Source: Candidatus Dormiibacterota bacterium
GTDB taxonomy: Bacteria; Chloroflexota; Dormibacteria; Aeolococcales; Aeolococcaceae
NCBI GenBank assembly: GCA_963751755.1
Contig: CAVVVH010000004.1
Coordinates: 5,822 to 69,821, forward strand
Direction of reading: 5' to 3'
Length of the DNA: 64,000 bases
Positions within the stretch are counted from its first letter, which is position 1. Each line of letters starts with the position of its first letter. Below are positions 56,155 through 64,000 of this stretch, in pieces. A program made the translations under genes and the position numbers. The notes under the pieces are model-generated. The model ran no database searches, was not told the DNA's origin, and was given only the letters and a program-made list of their open reading frames with translations.

Positions 56155-56586
56155 ACTCGGCGGTTCCCGGAAGAGCAGCGCTCGGCAGGCCGCATGGCGG
56201 AGGATGTAGGGCGCCGTCCTGCCCATGTGGAACTCGCCGAAGCGCAGCCGGAACGGCATCCCCACCACCACGAGGTCGGCCTTCCAGTGGGCGATCTCCT
56301 CGACGATGGCCGGGCCGGCGTCGCGGGCCTGGAGGAGCTCGGTCTCGATCTCGGTCTCCAGCTCGGCGGCGGCCTTCTCGGCGGCGTCGAGGATCTTCTC
56401 GGCGGCGTCCATCTCGACGTCCTGCACGGTGCCGAGCGCCAGGCTGCGGCGGATCTCCAGCACCGTGACCACCATCACCTTGGCCTTGCCACGGCGCGCC
56501 AGGCGGCAGCCCAGCCGCACCGCCTCGCTGTCGGTGGGCGCGCCGTTGACGGGGATGAGGATGCGTTGAGGGATGAACCCGACCAT
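56152..56586 (-). CDS. Universal stress protein (UspA family)
   Basis: In ORF 56152..56991 from MVGFIPQRILIPVNGAPTD. It has the C-terminal ...DLVVVGMPFR...GRTAPYILRHAACRALLF pattern. Confidence 0.85.
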   Translation of the reverse strand: MVGFIPQRILIPVNGAPTDSEAVRLGCRLARRGKAKVMVVTVLEIRRSLALGTVQDVEMDAAEKILDAAEKAAAELETEIETELLQARDAGPAIVEEIAHWKADLVVVGMPFRLRFGEFHMGRTAPYILRHAACRALLFREPPS

Positions 56587-56601
56587 GGCGGCTGGGATGC
56601 T

Positions 56602-56686
56602 ACAGGGCGATGGGGGAACTGCGTTCCCCCGATGGGCAGCCCCCAGCCCAGCGGTGTCAGCTCCGGCGACGTGACGTCGCCTGCGC
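56602..56686 (-). repeat. ~85-nt two-hairpin intergenic repeat, copy 3 (inverted)
   Basis: The reverse complement aligns with copies 1 and 2 (GCGCAGGCGACGTCACGTCGCCGGAGCTGACACCGCTGGGCTGGGGG..GGGGGAACGCAGTTCCCCCATCGCCCT). It lies in the usp/trkA divergent region. Confidence 0.7.
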
Positions 56687-56697
56687 TGACGGCAACG

Positions 56698-56703
56698 TAG
56701 AAT
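56698..56703 (+). promoter_or_regulatory. Candidate -10 box TAGAAT for the trkA pair
   Basis: It lies 36 nt upstream of the GTG at 56740, and the leader contains GGGAGAG. Confidence 0.35.
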
Positions 56704-56739
56704 GCGCCCCGGGATCCAGGCATTCGCGGGAGAGCAAAC

Positions 56740-57186
56740 GTGAAGGTCGTCATCGTCGGTTGCGGTCGCGTCGGTTCGACGCTGGCGCGCGAGCTCGATG
56801 CCGCCGGCCACGAGGTCACCATCGTCGACGAGCGGGTCTCGGCCTTCAACCGCCTGGGCGAGGGCTTCGGCGGAAACATGGTGGTGGGCACCGGCATCGA
56901 CGAGTCGGTGCTGCGCCGTGCCGGGATCGAGGAGGCCGACTGCTTCGCCTCGGTGACCAATGGCGACAACCGCAACATCATGGCCGCGCAAGTGGCCAAG
57001 GTTGTCTTCAACGTGCCGCGCGTCATCACCAGGATCTACGACCCCATCCGCGAGCAGACCTACCGCGAGTTCGGGCTGGAGACGATCTGCTCCACCACCA
57101 TCGTCAGCTCGATGATCGGCAGCTTCCTCACCACCGGCGAGAACCCGGCGTACCCGGCCCGCCAGGCCGAGGGCGTGGCGCCGTGA
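56740..57186 (+). CDS. trkA: TrkA-N (RCK N-terminal, NAD-binding) potassium transport regulatory protein
   Basis: ORF 56740..57186 begins VKVVIVGCGRVGSTLAREL, with a GxGxxG Rossmann motif. Confidence 0.85.
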   Translation: MKVVIVGCGRVGSTLARELDAAGHEVTIVDERVSAFNRLGEGFGGNMVVGTGIDESVLRRAGIEEADCFASVTNGDNRNIMAAQVAKVVFNVPRVITRIYDPIREQTYREFGLETICSTTIVSSMIGSFLTTGENPAYPARQAEGVAP

Positions 57187-57882
57187 CGGCGATGATGGGG
57201 ACGGTCACCCCTCCCGACCGCCCCTACGTGGTGATCATCGGCGGCGGCAAGGTCGGCTTCTACCTGGCCCGCCACCTCATCGAGCGCGACTACGAGGTCA
57301 CCCTCGTGGAGAAGGACCCCGCCCGCGCCGAGTGGATCGAGCACCAGATGGGCAGCGGTGGCGGTGATGGTCGGCGACGGCGACGAGATGGCCTTCCTCG
57401 CCACCACCGGCATCGAGCGCGCCGGCGTGGTCATCGGCTGCACCGGGGACGACGAGGACAACCTCGTCGCCTGCCAGCTCGCCAAGGGGAAGTTCCGCGT
57501 GCCCCGCACCATCGCCCGGGTCAACAACCCGGTGAACGTCCACGTCTTCACCGCGCTCGGCATCGACGTGCCGGTGAGCGCCACCGAGCTGCTCATGGGG
57601 CTGATCGAGGCGGAGATCAGCGGCTCGGAGATGGTCAAGGGGCTCGCCGTCAAGGCGTCCGGCGCCAACCTCGTCGACGTCAGGCTGCCCGACATGTCGC
57701 GGCTGGTGGGGCGGCGGCTCAGCGAGGTCGAGCTGCCGGCGGGCGACCTCGTCGTCTGCATCGTCCGCGCCGGCGAGCCGGTGCTGGCCCGGCCGGAGGA
57801 GGTCATCCAGCCCAGCGACGAGCTGATCGTGTACTCGCGCCAGCTCGACATCGAGGGCGTGCGCGAGTCGCTGGTCGGCTGA
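57183..57882 (+). pseudogene. trkA: TrkA-N + TrkA-C potassium transport regulatory protein, one frame change near 57355
   Basis: VVIIGGGKVGFYLARHL.. is in the ORF 56610 frame and the remainder is in ORF 57358..57882. The length is 700 = 699+1. The start overlaps the previous stop (GTGA). Confidence 0.8.
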
Positions 57883-57943
57883 GGGCGGACGCGACGAGGC
57901 CGCCGCGCCCTGCGGCAACGGCGGCCTCGAGGTCAGACGACGA

Positions 57944-58093
57944 TCAGGTGGCCTTGCCGATCTTGAAGATCTTGGTGCCGCAGGTCGGACACGTGCCGGT
58001 GGTTGCGGGTTTGCCGTTCTTCATGGTGATCGCCTGCGGATCCTTGATTTCGGTGGGCGCCTTGCACTTGAGGCAGTAGCCGGAAACGGCCAT
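57944..58093 (-). CDS. Small zinc-ribbon protein (DUF5679-like), 49 aa
   Basis: This is a hand translation, because the ORF is below the ORF-track size cut-off: MAVSGYCLKCKAPTEIKDPQAITMKNGKPATTGTCPTCGTKIFKIGKAT. It has two CxxC pairs, and GGAGAGG lies 5 nt upstream of the ATG. Confidence 0.65.
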   Translation of the reverse strand: MAVSGYCLKCKAPTEIKDPQAITMKNGKPATTGTCPTCGTKIFKIGKAT

Positions 58094-58316
58094 TGTGTCC
58101 TCTCCTATCCAGGGTCATTGCGAGCGCGGCGGGCGGGGCCCGGCGGGCTCAAGTCGCCGCATTCTAGCCCACCCCCGCCCGAATTGGAGCCGAATTCAAA
58201 ATCGCGGTCCGTCGGGGACCCTCCGCGCGGCCCCCGAAGGCCTCGCCGCCGGCGCCGTCGCAGGGTCCTTCGGCGGTCGGTGAGACTGCGGCCGAGGGTG
58301 CCGCGCATGCCACCCT

Positions 58317-58988
58317 GTGGCGATGGCCCTCACCGTCCTGCTCGACGTCGACGGCACCCTGGTCGACAACTCCTACTTCCACACGCTGGCGTGGTGGTAC
58401 GCCTGCCGGGAGCACGGGATCCCGGCGAAGATGGCGACCATCCACCGGCTCATCGGGATGGGGGGCGACCAGATGGTGCCGGCACTGATCGGCCGCGACA
58501 TGCCGGAGCTGGACGAGGCCCACTCGCGGTACTACCGCGAGCACCTCGACGAGGTCCCGGTGCTGCCGGGCGCCGCCGAGCTGATCGCCGAGCTCCACCG
58601 CCGCGGGGTCACCACAGCGGTGGCGACCTCGGGCGGGGCTGACGACCTCAGGGTCCTCCTCGCGAAGATCCCCACCAGCTCGCTCATCGACCACGTGGTC
58701 ACCGGGGACGATGTCGGCAGCAGCAAGCCCGCGCCCGACCTCGCCGTGGTCGCGCTGCGAGTCGCCGGGGCGGAGCCCGACTCCGCGGTGTTCGTCGGCG
58801 ACACCCGCTGGGACGTGGAGGCCGCCGGTCGCGCCGGCGTGCCGTGCGTGGGCGTGTGCTCCGGTGGCTGGTCCGAGCAGGAGCTGCGCGACGCGGGCGC
58901 CGTCGACGCCTACGAGGACGTCGCGGCCCTGCTCGCCCGCCTCGACGACAGCTTCCTCGGCCAGCGGATGAGGGCGCTCACGGTCTGA
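58317..58988 (+). CDS. HAD-superfamily hydrolase
   Basis: ORF 58317..58988. It has motif I LLDVDGTLVD, motif II ATSG, and motif III/IV SKPAPD...FVGDTRWD. Confidence 0.85.
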   Translation: MAMALTVLLDVDGTLVDNSYFHTLAWWYACREHGIPAKMATIHRLIGMGGDQMVPALIGRDMPELDEAHSRYYREHLDEVPVLPGAAELIAELHRRGVTTAVATSGGADDLRVLLAKIPTSSLIDHVVTGDDVGSSKPAPDLAVVALRVAGAEPDSAVFVGDTRWDVEAAGRAGVPCVGVCSGGWSEQELRDAGAVDAYEDVAALLARLDDSFLGQRMRALTV

Positions 58989-58997
58989 CCCGCGGTG

Positions 58998-61085
58998 CTA
59001 GCCGGCGGATGCCGTGGCGTGGTCCTTGGAATGGGCGGCGATGATCCCCTGGGCGACGTGCGCGGGCACCTCGTCGTACCGCGACGGGCGCCATCGTGTA
59101 GCGCCCCCGGCCCTGGGTCAGCGCTCGGAGCTCGGTGGGGAAGCTGTGCATCTCGGCCTGGGGCACCTGCGCGGTCACCTCGGCGCGCCCGTCGCCGAGC
59201 GGGTTCATGCCCGCGACGCGCCCGCGCTTGCCGTTGAGCAGGCCCATGACGTCGCCCATGAAGCGCTCGGGCACCACGACGTGCACGTCCATGATCGGCT
59301 CGAGCAGCAGCGGGTTCGCCTTCTGCACAGCCTCGCGCATCGCCATCGAGCCGGCGATCTGGAAGGCGATGTCCTTGCCGTCGACGGAGTGGGTCGAGCC
59401 GTCCACCAGGCGCACCTTGACGTCGACGATCGGGTTGCCGCTGACCGCGCCCTGCTCCATGGTCTGGCGCACGCCCTTCTCCACCGACGGCCGGAACTGC
59501 TGCGGGATCGAGCCGCCGAAGATCTTGTCCTCCCACACGAACCCGCCCCCGCGCGGCAGTGGCTCGAGCTCGATGGTGCAGTCGCCGTACAGGCCGGCGC
59601 CGCCGCTCTGCTTCTTGTACTTGTGGGCGACCCGGGCGGTGCCGCTGACGGTCTCGCGGTAGGCGATGCGCGGCGGTGAGAGGACGGCGTCGACGCCGAA
59701 CTTGCGCTTGATGCGCTCCAGCGCCACGTCGAGGTGGACGTCACCCAGCCCGTGGACGAGCACCTCGCCGGTGTCGGGGTCGCGGTCGACCGAGAACGCC
59801 GGGTCCTCCTCGGCGAGCCGCGCGAGCGACGACATGATCTTGTCCTCGTCCCCCTTGCTCCTCGCGCTGATCGCCGCGCGGTACGACGGCGCAGGGATGT
59901 CGAGCGGCGGCAGCGTCACCACCTGGCCGCGCACGCAGAGGGCGTCACCGGTGCGCGCGTGGGCGAGCTTGGTCACCGCGCCGATGTCCCCGGCGCCGAC
60001 CTCGGTGGCGTTGACGAGCCCCTTGCCCATCGGGCGGGCCAGCTGCGCGAAGCGCTCCTCGACGTCCTGCTGCACGTCGTACGGGTGCGTGTCGGCGCGC
60101 ATGGTGCCGCGCAGCACCTTGAAGTACGACACCTTGCCGAAGCTGTCGACGACCGTCTTGAAGACGTGGGCCACCAGCGGGCCGGCCGGGTCGCAGGCGA
60201 TCTCCACCTCCTGGCCCTTGGCGTCGTAGCCGCGGTGCACCTGCTCGGACGGGCCCGGGCAGGTAGCGGACCACGGCGTCGAGCACCAGCGCGGCGCCGC
60301 GCTCATCAGCGGCGGCGGCGCAGACGATCGGCACCAGGCTGCCCCGCAGCGCGGCGGTGTGCAGCGCGCCACGCACCTCGTCGTCGGTGAGCTCGGTGCC
60401 GCCGAGGTACTTCTCGATGAGCGCGTCGTCGGTCTCGGCGGCGGCGTCGACGAGTGCGCTGTGGGCGCGCTCCACCTCGGTGCGCATCGCCTCGGGCAGC
60501 TCGGCGTCGCGCACCTTCCCGCCGGCCTCGAACTGGTGCGCGCTGTCGTTGACGAGGTCGACGTAGCCGGTGAAGTCGCCGGCGCTGCCGATGGGCACGG
60601 CCACCGCCACGGGCTTGCGGTCGAAGGCCTCGCGCAGCGCGTCGACCGTCGCCTCGTACGCCGGCGTTCTCCTTGTCCATCTTGTTGACCACGATCAGCG
60701 CGGGCAGGTGACGCGCCACGACCATCTCCCAGGCGAGCTCCGCGCCGACCGGGACGCTGCCGCCGGCGCCGACCACGAGCACCGCGGCGTCGGCGGCGGT
60801 GAGCGCGGCGGCCAGCTCGCCGGCGAAGTCCTGGAAGCCGGGGACGTCGATGAGGTTGACGCGGTGGCCCTCCCAGTCGAGGTGCGCCAGGGCGGCGCCG
60901 ATGCTCATCGAGCGGCGCTGCTCCTCGGGCTCGTGGTCGAGGATCGACGTGCCCTGCTCCGTCGCGCCCATCCGTGGCGTTGCCCCGGCGACGTGGAGGA
61001 GCGCCTCGCACAGCGTGGTCTTGCCGTCGTGGCTGTGGCCGATGACGGCGACGGTTCGGATCCGATCTGGGGTTGGCACCGGCAT
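58998..61085 (-). pseudogene. Elongation factor G paralog (EF-G2-like translational GTPase), about 3 frame changes
   Basis: The G domain is in ORF 60306..61085 (AVIGHSHDGKTT, DVPGFQDF, VNKMD). The middle is in ORF 59945..60610. Domains II-V are in ORF 58978..61365. The last ~30 aa shift again, to a stop at 58998. Confidence 0.8.
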
Positions 61086-61342
61086 GGGCAGGAGCTCCCG
61101 TCGCGGGTGGCTGAGGCCTGGTGAATGGTAGGGCGGCCGACTGCCGGCCCGCCGACGCGATCGAATGGTATGATGCGTTCACGGCACAGCGCCGGTGAAG
61201 GGTTTGCGGCACTCCGATCGTTTCTATCTTGCGGGGGAGACACAGGGTCATCCCAACCGCCGCGGAGAGCCCGAGATCGCGGATCAGACAGGACGTCCCC
61301 CGGATGTACTCTGGATGCAGCGGGACGAGGGAGGAGATCAGC

Positions 61343-62484
61343 GTGGCTGACAGCGTGAACACCACAGCCGGCTTCCGACGCCGCGCTGGCGATCGGCGGC
61401 GGGGCGCTGCTCACGCTCGCGTCCCTCATCCCGGTCAGCGCCTCGGCGGCCGGCGCCGCTGCCCACCCCCAAGATTCCGCGTCGTCACACCCCGCCGGGG
61501 TGGTGTCGCAACATCAGCCACGCGATCACGGCCCTCCTGGTGCTCCCCGGTGACTACGTCTCCATGGGCTGGACGATCAGCCTGCCGGGCGCGCATCCCG
61601 CGACGTCGGTCACCGTCAGCGACATCGTCGCGACCATCCCTCTGGACTGCGAGGCCCGCGGCCAGCATTCGCGGCCCGTGAACCTGGTGATCCAGGCGCC
61701 GCAGACGACGGTGGCCCTCCCGCTGAACGACAACGCGTGGCACGCCACGGCGAGCCCCGCGCTCGCCCAGGCCTACCAGGCCAAGGTCCTCGTCGGCGAG
61801 CTGTGCCCGCGGGGCGCCCTCGAGCCGCACGGCAAGGCGACCTACGCCGCCAAGCTGGTGTCGACGGACACCAAGGACCCGTTCGCGCTCCGCTTCCACA
61901 GCGTTGACGCCAGGACCAACCTGGTGCGGTTCGGCGAACCGAACCCCAACACCGACTGCACCTCGATCGTGCAGAACCCGACCGGCGTCGCGCAGTGCAA
62001 TGCGGCGTGGACGCCGGTGACCAAGGCGCTGGCGCTCGCGCCCCCGCGTCGATCGGCGGCGGTACCGGGGCGGGTGGCGGCGTGGCGGCGGGTCGGCGGC
62101 GTCACGGGCGTCGGACCGGCAAGGTGGTCGGCGGCGTCGCCGGCAGCGTCGGTGCTGTCGTCAGGCACACCGTGCACTCAAAGATCCACCCGGCCGCGCC
62201 ACGGTGTTCCCAGGGCGCCACGGCAGGCCGGCCAGCAACCGGGTGGAACGAGCGCGGCGGCGACCCAACCCGCGCCCGTGCTCGTGCTGCCCGCGCCGTC
62301 GCAGTCGGCGGTGCTCGGACCGGTGCCGCTGCCGGTCCCGGTCATCGACAGCGTGGCCGCCGGCGTGGGCGGTGCGCTGCCGTGGAAGTGGTTCCTGCTG
62401 CTGGCGATCGTCGACGTCGCGCTGATCGTCGCCATCGTCGTCCGGCGCCGTCTGGCACAACACGACCGGCTCAACCCGCGGTAG
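61343..62484 (+). pseudogene. Hypothetical secreted protein with C-terminal membrane anchor, N-terminus frame-shifted
   Basis: GGGAGGAG lies upstream of the GTG at 61343. A signal-peptide-like ALAIGGGALLTLASLIPVSASAAG is in another frame. The body is ORF 61540..62484, ending WKWFLLLAIVDVALIVAIVVRRR. Confidence 0.4.
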
Positions 62485-62493
62485 CCTTCGTCC

Positions 62494-63220
62494 GTGCAGA
62501 CGGACGACTCGCGAGGAGCTCCGTCAGGCGCACGGCCGAGCACCTGGACGCGCGGCTTGGTGGTCGCCGCGGGCGCCTTTCTCTGCGTCGGGGCGGCGCC
62601 GTTGGGGGCGCTAGCAGCACCGGCGACGCCCACCGCACTGCCGACTCCCAGCGCCCCTGCGGCTGCGCGCCTGCGCTCCTGAGCAGTCTGTCGACAGAAC
62701 GACCGCTGCCACCGGTGATTCGGTCACGTACACGATCACCCTCACCAACACAGGCGGGCTTCCGGTGACCGCTGTCACGGTCACCGACGTCCTGAGCGGC
62801 ACCGCCGGCTACCTCGTCGCCGACGGCACGGGCGGCACCGTCAACACGTTCGCCGGTGAGCCGGTCGTGACCATCACGCGCGTGCTCGCCGGGCACTACG
62901 AGTGGACCTACCCGGTCGTCGCCCCCGGCGCCACCGACATCGTCAGGTTCCGTGCCGCGATCATGGCGCCGCGCGGCTCGCAACCGCCGGGCACGCGCAC
63001 CATCAGGTTGACCAGCACCGCGTCGTCACCCGGAGTGGCACCGGCAGCCGTCACCACGAGCGCGACCTTCACGCCACACGGCGCGCTCCACGGAGCCGGA
63101 ACCCGCGTGCCGGCGACGGGCTCGGACCTCAACGCCGCCGTCGCGGGTTTCCTCCTCCTGGGCGGCCTCGGGTTCATCCTGCTCGCCATGTACGCGCGTG
63201 AGCGCGACCTGGCCCGCTAG
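62494..63220 (+). pseudogene. DUF11-type surface protein with LPXTG-like sorting signal, one frame change near 62650
   Basis: The signal peptide is in ORF 62494..62682. The mature part GDSVTYTITLTNTGGLPVTAVTVTDVL... ends with VPATG plus a hydrophobic stretch plus RERDLAR. Confidence 0.55.
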
Positions 63221-63999
63221 CCCGGGCGCGCCACCACCAGCACCGTCTCGCTGAGCGCGGAGGCGCGAAACCGGCTCCAGCCGTCGTACACCGCGTCGAC
63301 CTGCAGGCCGGCCCGATCGAAGAGTGACGGGATGGCGTCGAAGCGCGTGAACGCGCTGCTGGTCTGCTGCACCGCTGTGGTGCCGTCGTCGAAGACCGCC
63401 GTCTCGCGCAGCACGTACGTGTTGGCGGCGCGGTCGTGCACGGTCTCGACGAGGAGCAGGTGGCGGCGCTCGGAGAGCAGCGAGGTGTCGACCACCTCCC
63501 AACTGCTGATCCGACCCTCCAGCTGGTCGGGACGGAGGCGCATCTCGACGATGAGCGGCGCGCCGCTCCGCAGCGAGCGGCCGAGGCGGCGCAGCACATC
63601 CACCTGCTGGCGGCGCGGGAAGGCCTCGAGCACGTGGTAGATGAGCAGCGCGGCGTCATACGTCTGCACGTCGTCGAGGTGGCGCAGGTCGGCGAGGCGG
63701 GCAGTCAGGTCGTCGGACACGGCGTGCTCGCGAGCCAGCCGCCGCGCGTGCGCCACGACCGCAGGGCCGACATCGAGCGCGGTGACGTGGTACCCGGCCG
63801 CCGCCAGCCGCACCGCGTACAGCCCCGGCCCGCAGGCGGCGTCGAGGACCTCGGCCGGCGCCGGGGGCAGCAGCCGCTTCAGCCGGCGGACGTGCTCGTT
63901 CACCAGACGGAGCCGGCGGCTGGCGCCGTCGTGGGTCTGGTCGAGGTGCTCGCGCAGCAACCGGCGGCTGATCACCGGGTCGCCCCAGTCCAGCTCCAC
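63217..63999 (-). CDS. Class I SAM-dependent methyltransferase (possibly 5-prime truncated by the window edge)
   Basis: ORF 63217..63999. It has motif I VLDAACGPGLYAVRLA and a post-I acidic residue at ALDV. Confidence 0.8.
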   Translation of the reverse strand: MELDWGDPVISRRLLREHLDQTHDGASRRLRLVNEHVRRLKRLLPPAPAEVLDAACGPGLYAVRLAAAGYHVTALDVGPAVVAHARRLAREHAVSDDLTARLADLRHLDDVQTYDAALLIYHVLEAFPRRQQVDVLRRLGRSLRSGAPLIVEMRLRPDQLEGRISSWEVVDTSLLSERRHLLLVETVHDRAANTYVLRETAVFDDGTTAVQQTSSAFTRFDAIPSLFDRAGLQVDAVYDGWSRFRASALSETVLVVARPG

Positions 64000-64000
64000 G

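Overview
This is a very GC-rich chromosomal window that looks actinobacterial: it has coenzyme F420 genes, Fgd, Ku/LigD, and many ATGA/GTGA-coupled operons.

Gene content, in order:
- 0-15 kb: a minus-strand Liv-type ABC importer operon fused to an unassigned catabolic module (DapA-like lyase, LLM flavin/F420 oxidoreductase, SDR, MaoC hydratase, CoA-transferase). A second paralogous LLM + DapA-like pair follows, with MetE-like, VOC, creatininase-family, SDR and LacI genes.
- 15-22 kb: an F420-centred block (PPOX-type F420 enzyme, cofE, fgd, cofC) interleaved with mmsA and EamA/MFS transporters.
- 22-29.6 kb: a second Liv-type ABC operon with a formamidase/acetamidase and an amidase-signature enzyme sitting between the permease and ATPase genes.
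- 29.7-44.7 kb: MFS, ccr, thioesterase-like, B12-mutase large subunit, DUF962, pepA, queG, LysM/SLT, amidinotransferase, and pit with a DUF47 PhoU-like gene.
- 44.7-50.2 kb: an NHEJ locus of LigD (PE-Lig-Pol), HNH nuclease, Ku, and a ligase paralog lacking every catalytic residue.
- 50.4-64 kb: gyrB, plsX, gyrA, usp, two trkA-type genes, a small zinc-ribbon gene, HAD, an EF-G paralog, two surface/secreted proteins and a SAM methyltransferase.

No rRNA, tRNA, CRISPR array, transposase or integrase was seen.

Most striking observations:
- From about 29.7 kb onward nearly every gene is interrupted by frame changes, which look like single-base insertions wherever the length could be checked. The first 29.6 kb and gyrA are essentially clean.
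- gyrB contains an imperfect 99(+1)-nt tandem duplication.
- An ~85-nt two-hairpin repeat occurs three times, and two inverted copies bracket usp.
- A catalytically dead ligase paralog lies next to ku.

Coordinates of frameshifted genes are outer boundaries reconstructed by stitching ORF-track frames by eye.
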